From NCBI GenBank assembly GCA_964508005.1, contig CAZDTG010000002.1:41307-105306 (forward strand): a DNA stretch of 64,000 nt. Direction: 5' to 3'. The notes under the pieces are model-generated. The model worked only from the letters and a program-made list of their open reading frames with translations. It made no database searches and was not told the origin of the DNA. The position numbers and the translations under genes are program-made. Of the stretch, positions 18,688 through 27,955 are shown piece after piece (the stretch's first letter is position 1; each line of letters starts with the position of its first letter). The DNA is from an uncultured Steroidobacteraceae bacterium. GTDB taxonomy: Bacteria > Pseudomonadota > Gammaproteobacteria > Steroidobacterales > Steroidobacteraceae.

Positions 18688-20007
18688 TTGGGCATTGCTG
18701 CAATTGACCTGACGAAGTTACGCGCTCCCTCGTCGATCGAGCGCTGGTATGTGCTCATCCTCACGTGCCTCATCTACGCAATCAACATTGCCGACCGCTA
18801 TGTGGTCTCCACCGTGCTCGAGCCCATCCGGCTCGAGCTGCGCCTCAATGATGCGGGCGTGGCATTTCTGACGGGCGTGCCGCTGGCCTTGTTCTACGTG
18901 ACGCTCGGCATTCCGATCTCATGGCTCGCCGATCGCTCGAATCGCCGCAATATCCTCGCTGCCTGCGTGCTCATCTGGTCGGGCTTCACCGCTGTCTGCG
19001 GCCTTTCCCGCAACTACCTGCAGTTCCTGTTGGGCCGCATCGGCGTAGGGACCGGGGAGGCAGGGGGCACGCCGTCCTCCTCGGCGCTGCTGGCCGACTA
19101 TTTTCCGGCGGAGCGCCGGCCGATGGCGTTCACCGTCCTGGCGCTTGGTGCACCGATCGGAGCGTGGTTGGGGGCCGACATGGCGGGGGCCATTGCGCAC
19201 GCCTACGGGTGGCGCGCGGCGTTTCTGGCGCTTGGGGTGCCCGGAGTGGTCATCGGCCTGATCGTCTTGCTGACGGTTCGCGAGCCGGAGCGCGGACGGT
19301 TGGATACCGTGGAAGTCGAGCTGCGGCCTTCGATGGCGGAGTCGCTGCGATTCCTGTGGCGCCAGAAGGCGGCATTCCACGTCATCATGGGCAGTGGCGT
19401 GTGCTCTCTTTGGGGCTGGGGCCTCATCTGGTGGACGCCGACGTTCCTGATGCGCACGTACGGACTCAATGTCGGGGAGGCGGGTGCCGTCACCGGACAC
19501 ATTCATCTGGTGGGCGGGGTACTCGCGAGTCTGGGCACGGCCTGGCTGCTGTCGCGGCCGTTCATGGTCGACCCGCGGCGCGTCTGTTGGGTGTTGACTG
19601 TCGGAATCGGCCTCGCCACCATTCCTTCGTTCATCGCCTATTGGACCCACTCGCTGCCGCTGGCGCAGGCGATGTTCTGGCTCTTCATTCCCGCGATCTA
19701 TTTCTATATCGGTCCATGCATGGGCCTGGTGCAGAATCTGGCGGCGTGCCACATGCGTTCCGTGTTCGCGGCATGGTCCGGCCTGTGCGGCAACGTGTTC
19801 AACCTGATCGTGGCGCCCCAGGTAGTGGGGTTCCTCAGCGACTGGTATGCGGCAGGGCACGCCACCGATGCGGCCTCGCTCCGATTCGGCCTGCTGATTC
19901 TGGCGCCCACGGGGTTCTGGGCTGCGTATCATCTCTATCTCACCAGCCGGACCATCATCGAGGATCAGAAGACCGCCGGCACTTACGCAGGAGTCGCGCG
20001 TTCATGA
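18688..20007 (+). CDS. MFS transporter
   Basis: 439 aa and about 12 hydrophobic spans. It carries the MFS loop motif ADRSNRRNIL and GRIGVGTGEAG. Confidence 0.85.
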   Translation: MGIAAIDLTKLRAPSSIERWYVLILTCLIYAINIADRYVVSTVLEPIRLELRLNDAGVAFLTGVPLALFYVTLGIPISWLADRSNRRNILAACVLIWSGFTAVCGLSRNYLQFLLGRIGVGTGEAGGTPSSSALLADYFPAERRPMAFTVLALGAPIGAWLGADMAGAIAHAYGWRAAFLALGVPGVVIGLIVLLTVREPERGRLDTVEVELRPSMAESLRFLWRQKAAFHVIMGSGVCSLWGWGLIWWTPTFLMRTYGLNVGEAGAVTGHIHLVGGVLASLGTAWLLSRPFMVDPRRVCWVLTVGIGLATIPSFIAYWTHSLPLAQAMFWLFIPAIYFYIGPCMGLVQNLAACHMRSVFAAWSGLCGNVFNLIVAPQVVGFLSDWYAAGHATDAASLRFGLLILAPTGFWAAYHLYLTSRTIIEDQKTAGTYAGVARS

Positions 20008-20927
20008 ATCCATACAGACGGGCAGGTTGGCGGGTGGGAGCGGGCCTCGCCGCATGGATCGCCACCCTGGCGGCCCATTCCGCCGGATTCCAGGTCCTGA
20101 ACGGGGACGCTCATTACCCCGAAGGGCCCGTCTGGCACCAGGGGAAGCTCTACTACGTCGAGTACGACCGCAACACCATCACTGTCTGGGACGGTAAGAG
20201 CAATCGCATCTTCGCCTCTCAAAAGGGATGCGGACAGTCTGCCGTGGTTCCCACCGTCCGCGGCGATTTCATCACGACCTGCTACGACAACGGCACCATA
20301 GGCCGTATGTCGGCGGACGGCAGCCAGCTGCCGGCCTACGATCATGATCGCGAGGGCAACAAATTCGTCGGGCCCAACGATTTCGCCCCCGACGATCACG
20401 GCGGGATCTATTTCACCACCTCCGGCACTCCCGGGCCGGTGATCGATGCCAAGGTGTTCTACATTGCGGCTGACGGAACCATCACGCTCGCGGCAGCCGA
20501 TCTTCACAACGCGAACGGTCTGGCCGTCTCGAAGGACGGTGGGACGTTGTACGTCGTGGAGACCGAAGAGAACCGGCTGCTGCAATTCAGGATCGGCCCC
20601 GGAGCGCGACTGTCGGAGCGGCGCATCTTCCTGAATCTCGACGATCTCACCCATCATGTCGGTCACATCTACCCGGACGGCGTGAAGATCGACTCGCGGG
20701 GCCGCCTCTACATCGGCCAGAATCCCCGAGACAGCCACGCGCCGCTCGCCGGCAGCATCTTCGTGGTCGATGCGGCCGGCAAGCTGTTGAAGACGATCAG
20801 CCTGCCATCCCCGGGCGTACCCAACCTCGCGTTCAGCCCCGACGAAAAGACACTCTACGTGACCGCGCTGGATGAGCTGGACAAAGCGCCTTTCCGCGGC
20901 AAGATCTACGCCGTGCGCAACGATTGA
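20004..20927 (+). CDS. SMP-30/gluconolactonase/LRE-family beta-propeller protein, secreted
   Basis: ATG 20004 overlaps the MFS stop (ATGA). A signal peptide is followed by PEGPVWHQGKLYYVE, PNDFAPDDHGGIYFT, NGLAVSKDGGTLYV and PDGVKIDSRGRLY. Only the 3' 308 codons of track ORF 18921-20927 are real. Confidence 0.85.
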   Translation: MNPYRRAGWRVGAGLAAWIATLAAHSAGFQVLNGDAHYPEGPVWHQGKLYYVEYDRNTITVWDGKSNRIFASQKGCGQSAVVPTVRGDFITTCYDNGTIGRMSADGSQLPAYDHDREGNKFVGPNDFAPDDHGGIYFTTSGTPGPVIDAKVFYIAADGTITLAAADLHNANGLAVSKDGGTLYVVETEENRLLQFRIGPGARLSERRIFLNLDDLTHHVGHIYPDGVKIDSRGRLYIGQNPRDSHAPLAGSIFVVDAAGKLLKTISLPSPGVPNLAFSPDEKTLYVTALDELDKAPFRGKIYAVRND

Positions 20928-20979
20928 CGATGCTCTTGGCACGCGAGCCGGCTCGCCTGCGGGGGCAGGTGGATTTTTT

Positions 20980-22233
20980 GTGAACGCAGCGACGCAACCC
21001 GATCTCGACCTGGCCGCCGGACTGTTCGAGCAGCTCGACCGCGCGACCCGTCAGGGCCGCGGTATCGTGCGCGACAGTTACGGCGCGGGCGAGCAGGCGG
21101 CGCACGACATCATGCGTGCCGCGGCGGAGCGTATCGGACTCGAGGTCTCGATCGATGCAATTGGCAACCTGACCCTGACTCTGCCGGGGGCGGATCGGCG
21201 CGCGCCGCGCATTCTCATCGGCTCGCATCTGGACAGCGTGCCTCAGGGAGGCAACTTCGACGGCGCGGCTGGCGTGGTGGCGGGTCTGTGCGCCTTGGCG
21301 TCGCTGCGCAGCGCCCGCTTCGTTCCATCCTGCGACGTGGGTGTCATGGGCATACGCGCGGAGGAGTCTTCCTGGTTCGACGTCTCCTATCTCGGCAGCG
21401 CCGGCGCATTCGGATTGCTCGATCCGGACTGCCTGTCGGTACGCCGGTCCGACAACGGGCGCACCCTGGAGGCCACTCTGATCGAGCGGGGATTCGATCC
21501 TGAGGCGATACGGCAGCGCCGCCGCCTGCTCGAGCCCACCCAGGTGCGAGCTTATCTGGAGCTGCACATCGAACAGGGCCCGAGGCTGGTGGACGCGGGC
21601 ATTCCCGCGGCGATCGTGACTGGCATTCGGGGCTGCAAGAGGTTCCGCAACGCCCGGTGCATGGGCGAGTATGGTCACTCGGGCGCGCTGCCGCGTCCCC
21701 TCAGGCACGATGCAGTCGCGGCGACCGTCGCATTGCTACATCACCTGGAGAGAGTCTGGCTGCGCGAGGAGGCAGGGGGCGCGGACTTGTTGGTGACGAC
21801 GGGCGAGATCGGTACCGATCCCGCCATGCATGCCCCGAGCAAGGTTGCCGGAGAGACGCGTTTCGTGCTCGATTTGCGCAGCGTGTCCGAGGACACCATG
21901 AGCACCGTCGCCGCGGAGGCACTGAGCGCCGCGGAGCGTATCGGCAAGCAATATCGCGTTACCTTCGACCTCGGCGCCGCCACCGATTCGCCACCGGCTG
22001 TGATGGACGCGCGATTGAGGAGTAAGCTGATGACCCTGCTCGAGCGCCCCCTCGAGATGGCGAGCGGGGCGGGGCATGACGCGGCCGTGTTTGCCAAGGT
22101 CGGGGTTCCGTCGGCGATGATTCTCGTTCGCAACGATCACGGCAGCCACAATCCCGACGAGGCGATGGCGCTCGAGGACTTTGCAGTCGGCACGCGGGCG
22201 CTGATCCGGCTGCTGCGGGAGTTCCCCTTCTGA
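20980..22233 (+). CDS. M20-family amidohydrolase (allantoate amidohydrolase / N-carbamoyl-amino-acid hydrolase type)
   Basis: Contains IGSHLDSVPQGGNFDGAAGVVAGL and GAGHDAAVF. GTG 20980 lies after a G-rich RBS and is the likely start. The track ORF start at 20872 overlaps the upstream gene. Confidence 0.8.
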   Translation: MNAATQPDLDLAAGLFEQLDRATRQGRGIVRDSYGAGEQAAHDIMRAAAERIGLEVSIDAIGNLTLTLPGADRRAPRILIGSHLDSVPQGGNFDGAAGVVAGLCALASLRSARFVPSCDVGVMGIRAEESSWFDVSYLGSAGAFGLLDPDCLSVRRSDNGRTLEATLIERGFDPEAIRQRRRLLEPTQVRAYLELHIEQGPRLVDAGIPAAIVTGIRGCKRFRNARCMGEYGHSGALPRPLRHDAVAATVALLHHLERVWLREEAGGADLLVTTGEIGTDPAMHAPSKVAGETRFVLDLRSVSEDTMSTVAAEALSAAERIGKQYRVTFDLGAATDSPPAVMDARLRSKLMTLLERPLEMASGAGHDAAVFAKVGVPSAMILVRNDHGSHNPDEAMALEDFAVGTRALIRLLREFPF

Positions 22234-22249
22234 GCCGGTTCGAGACAGC

Positions 22250-23293
22250 ATGACCTTACTGATAACGGGCGCGACGGGTTTTGTCATGAGTGTTCTGGCC
22301 CGACACTGGCTCGATGCCGATCCGCGCGCGCGCCTGGTTATCCTGGACGCCGCTTCGCCCGATGCGGCCCTCACCCGCTATCTCGCGCCCGTAGCGGACC
22401 GAGTCTCCATCGTGGTTGCAGACGTCACTGAGCCCCAAAGGTGGCGTGAGGCGCTCGCCGGACACGATGTCACTCACATCGTGCATGGCGCCACGATCAC
22501 TCCGATTTCCCGCGGCACGGCGTCCGCGGCCAGACAGGAGCCGGAGGCTGACAATCCCACTCGGATCATCGATGTCAACGTCATGGGTACCGTGGCGGTG
22601 CTCGATTGGGCGCGTGCGCTGCCCCGACTGCGACGCCTGATCTACGTGAGCTCGGGTGCCGTCTACAGGCATCATGGCCCGGACTGTCCCGGCGAGCCGC
22701 TGCCGGAGGACGGGTATGTCATGCCGCGCACGCTCTACGGGATCTCCAAACTGGCGTCCGAGCTGATTGCTGCGCGGTACGGCGAGCTTTTCCGTCTGCC
22801 CACCGCATCGGTGCGGCTGTCATCGGTGTACGGAACGATGGACAGGCCGACGGCGAGCAGAAATTTCCGACATGTGCCCAACCGGATTGCGCACCTGGCC
22901 GTCGATGGCGTGAAACGGGTGCGAGTCAATACCCTGCAGGCCGTTGGGGACTATGTCCACGCCGAGGATGTCGCTCGCGCCATCATCGCACTGCTTCATG
23001 CGGAGCGACTGCGCTACGGCACATACAACATCGCCATGGGATCTGCTGCAACCCTTGGAGACCTGGTGGCGTGGGCTGCCGAGAAATATCCCGGCTTCCA
23101 TGCCGAAGTCACGGCGGAGGAGGACGCAGACATCGTGCAGGATCCAACGCGTACCGATGGGATGTGGGGCGCCTATGACATCTCCCGAATCAGCGCCGAG
23201 ACGGGCTGGAGGCCGCGACCGGTGAGGGAGGCGCTGCATGGCTACATGGACTGGATCGCCGCCGAGCGCCTCGACAGGGGGACCATTAATTGA
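22250..23293 (+). CDS. NAD-dependent epimerase/dehydratase (extended SDR)
   Basis: N-terminus MTLLITGATGFVMSVLARHW with the Rossmann motif GxxGxxG. The catalytic YGISK (YxxxK) is present. Confidence 0.85.
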   Translation: MTLLITGATGFVMSVLARHWLDADPRARLVILDAASPDAALTRYLAPVADRVSIVVADVTEPQRWREALAGHDVTHIVHGATITPISRGTASAARQEPEADNPTRIIDVNVMGTVAVLDWARALPRLRRLIYVSSGAVYRHHGPDCPGEPLPEDGYVMPRTLYGISKLASELIAARYGELFRLPTASVRLSSVYGTMDRPTASRNFRHVPNRIAHLAVDGVKRVRVNTLQAVGDYVHAEDVARAIIALLHAERLRYGTYNIAMGSAATLGDLVAWAAEKYPGFHAEVTAEEDADIVQDPTRTDGMWGAYDISRISAETGWRPRPVREALHGYMDWIAAERLDRGTIN

Positions 23294-24204
23294 ATCCGCC
23301 AGACTCCTATCCGCGCGATCTCATCGGGTATGGCCGGCACCCGCCCGATCCACGTTGGCCCGGCGACGCGCGGGTCGCGGTGTCGCTGGTGTTGAATTAC
23401 GAGGAGGGCGGCGAGTATTGCATCCTGCATGGGGATGCTCATTCCGAATATGTGCTGACCGATGTCGGCGGGGAGCCGCTGGCGAACGCGCGCAACCTGA
23501 ACGTCGAATCGACCTTCGAGTACGGCAGCCGGGTCGGCTTCTGGGAAATCGCCAGGATTCTGCGCGAACGCCGGGTCGCCACGACAGTCTACGCGGTCGG
23601 GATGGCGCTGGAGCGCAATCCGGAGGCGGCCGCCGAAATGGTCGAAAGCGGCTTCGAGGTCGCCTGTCACGGCCAGCGCTGGATCGACTATCAGTTCGTT
23701 CCGGAAGCCGCGGAGCGGGCGGACATACGCGCAAATGTCGAGGTGGTCACGCGCCTGGCCGGCCGCCGGCCGGTGGGCTGGTTCACGGGGCGGCCGGGCC
23801 CCAACACACGGCGGCTGGTCGCTGAGTTGGGAGGCTTTCTATACGACAGCGATGCGTACAACGACGATCTTCCCTACTGGACGCGCGTTGGGGAAGCTCC
23901 ACACCTCGTCCTGCCGCATACCTTCGACAACAACGACAGCCGCCTGCAACGGGGCGGAGACTTCAGCACCGGCGATGATTTCTTCCGTTATTGCCGCGAC
24001 GCGTTCGACTGGCTGTATCGACGCGGGACCGAAGGCAGCCCGCGCATGCTGACGATCAGCCTGCATGGCCGGATCATCGGTCGCCCCGGCCGGATCGGGG
24101 CTCTCGAGCGCCTGCTCGATCACATTCAGCGGCACGAAGCGGTTTGGTTGTGCAACCGCGCCGCCATTGCGCAGCATTGGTGGGCGCATCACCCGCCGAA
24201 GTGA
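23290..24204 (+). CDS. PuuE-type allantoinase-like polysaccharide deacetylase family protein
   Basis: N-terminus YPRDLIGYGRHPPDPRWPGDARVAVSLVLNYEEGGEYCILHGDAHSE matches the PuuE/urate-catabolism deacetylase pattern. The TTG start overlaps the upstream stop. Confidence 0.75.
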   Translation: MNPPDSYPRDLIGYGRHPPDPRWPGDARVAVSLVLNYEEGGEYCILHGDAHSEYVLTDVGGEPLANARNLNVESTFEYGSRVGFWEIARILRERRVATTVYAVGMALERNPEAAAEMVESGFEVACHGQRWIDYQFVPEAAERADIRANVEVVTRLAGRRPVGWFTGRPGPNTRRLVAELGGFLYDSDAYNDDLPYWTRVGEAPHLVLPHTFDNNDSRLQRGGDFSTGDDFFRYCRDAFDWLYRRGTEGSPRMLTISLHGRIIGRPGRIGALERLLDHIQRHEAVWLCNRAAIAQHWWAHHPPK

Positions 24205-24255
24205 AGGCCGCCGACGGATGCGCGCAGCTATCTGCCGAACAAAGGCTCTGCGCGC

Positions 24256-25023
24256 CTACACGCTGCGAATCATTCCGCCATCCACGCGAACGATGTTCCC
24301 CGTCACATAGGAGGCCTGCGTGCTGGCAAGAAAGGCAGCCATGGAGGCGAACTCGCCGGCCTCTCCATAGCGTCCGGCCGGGATCGCGGCGCGCGCTTGC
24401 CGTTCCACCTCATCGAGGCCGATCCCTTCGCGGCGCGCGCGCCCCTGGTCGAGCTCGGCTACGCGGTCGGTGGCGATGCGGCCGGGCGCGAGACAGTTTA
24501 CGGTGATGCCCTGGCCGGCAACCTCGCCCGCCAGGGTCTTCGCCCAACCGACCAACGCCAGGCGGATCGCATTGGAGATCGCAAGGTTGGGAATGGGTTG
24601 TATGACGCCGGAGGACACCACGGCAATGATGCGGCCGAAGCCGCGCTTGCGCATACCGGGAAGCGCCAGGCGCGTGAGGCGCACAGCGGTCAGAAACATG
24701 GCGTCAAACTGTGCGCTCCAGGCAGCATCGGAGGTCTCGGCGGCGGTGCTGGGCGGCGGGCCTCCGGTATTGAGGACGAGCACGTCCACGCTCTCCAACG
24801 GCTCTGCGAGTCCCTGGATCGCGACCGGATCGGAGAGATCGCAGGCGCGCACGGTGATGCTGCCGGACGCAGACGCGGCTGCAAGTTGGTTCAGGCGATC
24901 GAGGTTGCGTGCTACCGCGATGACGTCGGCGCCCTCGGCGGCCAGAGCCAGAGCGATTGCCCGACCCAGCCCGCGGGAAGCTCCGGTGACCAGGGCACGG
25001 CGCTTTTCGAGTCCCAAGTTCAT
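24256..25023 (-). CDS. SDR-family oxidoreductase
   Basis: Contains ALVTGASRGLGRAIALALAAEGADV and a C-terminal ...YVTGNIVRVDGG. Confidence 0.9.
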   Translation of the reverse strand: MNLGLEKRRALVTGASRGLGRAIALALAAEGADVIAVARNLDRLNQLAAASASGSITVRACDLSDPVAIQGLAEPLESVDVLVLNTGGPPPSTAAETSDAAWSAQFDAMFLTAVRLTRLALPGMRKRGFGRIIAVVSSGVIQPIPNLAISNAIRLALVGWAKTLAGEVAGQGITVNCLAPGRIATDRVAELDQGRARREGIGLDEVERQARAAIPAGRYGEAGEFASMAAFLASTQASYVTGNIVRVDGGMIRSV

Positions 25024-25154
25024 TTGTGAGGCTCCGCTGCAGTTCTCAGTCCCGTTATGGTAGCAACATCGGGGAATGGTGTGGCCGGGCCGCCCGGGAC
25101 AAGGCTATGATCCAGTTCCGCGCACCTCCTGGTCCACAAAAACACCCATCCCGT

Positions 25155-25931
25155 ATGTCGAACCTGCTGAGCGGAAAGACTGCCATCATCACCGGTGCCA
25201 GCTCCGGAATTGGCCGGGCGATCGCCATGAGTTTTGCGGCTGAGGGAGCCGATGTCGTCGTCGCCGATGTCAGATCGGACCCGCTCGAAGGCGGCGAGCC
25301 GACCGTCGACTGCATCATCCGCGCCGGGGGCGCGGCGACTTTCGCGCAGACGGACATCGCGCGCTGGCAGGAGGTCGACGAGATGATCGCAAAAACCGTC
25401 AGGCGGCGCGGTCGGCTCGACATCATGGTCAATAATGCCGCCACTTATTCCGGGACAGCGCTGCTGGAGACCAGCGCCGAGCAATGGGAGCGGGTGATGG
25501 CAGTCAACATGACGGGCATGTTCAACTGCTGCAAGCGGGCCATCCAGCAGATGATCACCCAGGAGCCGCTGCACGAGGTGAGAGGGCGCGTCATCAATCT
25601 GGGATCGCAGCAAGGCATCGTGGCCGCGCCGCGGGACACGGCGTACGGTGTGAGCAAGGCCGGGGCGATTTACATTACGAGACAAATCGCCACGGACTAT
25701 GCGAAGGATCTCATCGTCTGCAATTGCATCTCACCCGGCAAGGTCGTCACCGGCGCTCCCGGCTTGCCGATGGATCCCGCGCTGCTCGAAAACGCCCGCC
25801 GCCGCACACCCTGGCCGCGATTGGGCCGACCCGAGGACATAGCGAACGCCGCCGTGTTTCTCGCCAGTGATCGTGCCACGTTCATCACTGGGGCAAATCT
25901 GGTGGTGGATGGGGGATGGCTGGCGCGCTGA
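25155..25931 (+). CDS. SDR-family oxidoreductase
   Basis: ATG 25155 gives MSNLLSGKTAIITGASSGIGRAIA. Also NNAA, YGVSKAG and ITGANLVVDGG. Confidence 0.9.
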   Translation: MSNLLSGKTAIITGASSGIGRAIAMSFAAEGADVVVADVRSDPLEGGEPTVDCIIRAGGAATFAQTDIARWQEVDEMIAKTVRRRGRLDIMVNNAATYSGTALLETSAEQWERVMAVNMTGMFNCCKRAIQQMITQEPLHEVRGRVINLGSQQGIVAAPRDTAYGVSKAGAIYITRQIATDYAKDLIVCNCISPGKVVTGAPGLPMDPALLENARRRTPWPRLGRPEDIANAAVFLASDRATFITGANLVVDGGWLAR

Positions 25932-25980
25932 GCGCTGCCGCCTGCCCATCAGAAACGCGCAGGGCCAAGCTGCCAAGGAC

Positions 25981-27684
25981 TCAGGGTGCGTTGGACAGGA
26001 GGCCTGCCTCGACCAGGGTGGGCGGATGGCGGTGATGGGTCGCCTGTTCGTAAGCGTACGCATAGCCGATCAGGTCGCCGTCGCGCCACGGGCGTGCCGA
26101 AATCTCGAGCCCGAACGGCAGACCTCCCGGATAGAAGCCGCCAACCACGACGATTGCAGGCACACCCAGCATATTCACCCAACTCGTCGCGGAGTGCGGG
26201 CCATCGCTCAGGTGTCCCTTCTGTGGCATCGTCTCATCCACGGGCGGCATTTGGATTGCCGGATAGACGTAACCATCCAGATGCAGCCGGTCGAGCGTTT
26301 CCAGGTACGCCTCCATCATCCGGCGTCGCGGCATGAAGTAGTTCGCCTGAGCCTGGGGGTCCTCTTCAATCATGCGCTGCCCGATGGTGACAGCGCCAAA
26401 TTTCGCATTCAGCGGCTCGGTGCCGATGATCGCCTCGCCGAGCGGATGTCCAACAGCCTTTTCGTACTCGGCTGCGGACCGGTACTGCTGCGGCCCGAAG
26501 CTCTTGAGGAAGAGGTCCGTGCCTTCCCGGACGTAGGGATAAGTGGCTACGCGCGTCGCGATCCTGACGAAGCCTTCCGGCAGGATCGTCTCATCGATCA
26601 CAACCGTGGCGCCCGCCGCCCGCAGCTCCTCGATCGCCTTGAGGAAAGCGGCGCGAGTCGCAGCCTCGAGGGGTATGGCCTGGTCTGCGGCCTGCTTCGC
26701 GGCAAGGTCGTCTCCCACCTCGGCCGGTACACCATGGAACGGCGGCCCGATGCCCTTCAGGACAAACGCGGGTACGCCGAAGCGCCTGCCCCGCAGCGCG
26801 TCGGTTTTCAGATAGCGTGTGTACGGGCCGGGCTGCGCCTTCTCCGTTGCTTCGGCGGTGACGGGATCGAGCGGGTCGGGACCTGCCATGACCGATAGCG
26901 CAATCGCCGCGTCTGTCACGTCGCGCGCGATCGGACCGGTATTGTCGAGCAGCCAGTCCAGCGGCGCGATACCGGCAATGCTCACGAGCCCGCGGGTTGG
27001 GAAAACGCCCACGACAGCGCTCGTGGCGGACGGCATGCGAATCGAGTTGCCTGTGTCGGTCCCGTTGCCCAGGACCGCCATGTTGGAAGTCACCGCGGTC
27101 ACGGTGCCACCCGAGGAACCGCCCGGAGAGAAGCGCACGTCATAGGCGTTGCCCGTGCGGCCGAACGAGCTGCTGCGGTTGGTATCGGCGTTGGCAAAGT
27201 CGGGCATGTTCGTATGCCCGATGAGGATGGCCCCCGCGGCCCGCAGCTTCGCCACGATGGTCGCGTCGCGCGGCGCGACGAGCTCATGCCCCGGGATCGT
27301 GTACCCGTCCCAACCGTCGGTCGTGATCTCGCCTTGGATGCTCGTGTTTGCCTTGATGACGATCGGGACGCCCCACAGTGGTGCATGGGGCGCCCGGCCG
27401 GCTGCGGCCTCGGCATCCTCACGAGCCGCGGCTTCGAGCGCTGCCCGGTCCATGCTCGTTTCAACGGCCCGATAAATGCCGTTGTACCGATGGATGCGCG
27501 CGAGATGCCACCGGACCACTTCAGTGACGGTGTAGCGGTGCTCCGCGTAATAACGCTGCAGCTGGGGGACGGTGACTTCCATCAGATCCCGGTCCTGCGC
27601 CGGGGCGATGCCCGCGGCGGGTGCGGCCGGGACTGCGCCGAAAATACCGAGCACGGCCAGAAAAAGCTTGTGATAGCGATGCAT
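25981..27684 (-). CDS. Amidase-signature family amidase, secreted
   Basis: The signal peptide is MHRYHKLFLAVLGIFGAVPAAPA. The AS signature is GGSSGGTVTAVTSNMAVLGNGTDTGNSIRMPS. Confidence 0.9.
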   Translation of the reverse strand: MHRYHKLFLAVLGIFGAVPAAPAAGIAPAQDRDLMEVTVPQLQRYYAEHRYTVTEVVRWHLARIHRYNGIYRAVETSMDRAALEAAAREDAEAAAGRAPHAPLWGVPIVIKANTSIQGEITTDGWDGYTIPGHELVAPRDATIVAKLRAAGAILIGHTNMPDFANADTNRSSSFGRTGNAYDVRFSPGGSSGGTVTAVTSNMAVLGNGTDTGNSIRMPSATSAVVGVFPTRGLVSIAGIAPLDWLLDNTGPIARDVTDAAIALSVMAGPDPLDPVTAEATEKAQPGPYTRYLKTDALRGRRFGVPAFVLKGIGPPFHGVPAEVGDDLAAKQAADQAIPLEAATRAAFLKAIEELRAAGATVVIDETILPEGFVRIATRVATYPYVREGTDLFLKSFGPQQYRSAAEYEKAVGHPLGEAIIGTEPLNAKFGAVTIGQRMIEEDPQAQANYFMPRRRMMEAYLETLDRLHLDGYVYPAIQMPPVDETMPQKGHLSDGPHSATSWVNMLGVPAIVVVGGFYPGGLPFGLEISARPWRDGDLIGYAYAYEQATHHRHPPTLVEAGLLSNAP

Positions 27685-27812
27685 GACAGACTTTCTAGGA
27701 TCGGCAGCGGAGCGTCAGTCCCTGCCAGCACCGAGCTGCGGTGACGCCGCCGGTACCTTGTTGTTAAGAAATACTGTGCGTCGCTGCATCATACAGGCGC
27801 CTCATGAGAGTG

Positions 27813-27824
27813 CGCAATATTGCG
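27813..27824. promoter_or_regulatory. Perfect 12-bp palindrome in the amidase/TonB-receptor divergent intergenic region (candidate operator)
   Basis: cgcaatattgcg is self-complementary. It lies 130 nt upstream of the receptor ATG. Confidence 0.25.
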
Positions 27825-27955
27825 AGCTGGCACTTGAAGGACGCCGAGCGGCACGTGCGCGAGTGACCGCGCGCGCTTCATTTGGGCCGTGACAACGACG
27901 GATTCGGTTATCATCCGCAGCGACTCCCACCCAAACCCCCACTCGGAGTTAGGTT

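Noticed and set aside
18921-20003. 5' two thirds of the 668-aa track ORF 18921-20927
   Set aside because: This part is an out-of-frame read-through of the MFS transporter gene. Only the segment from ATG 20004 (signal peptide plus SMP-30 motifs) is credible.
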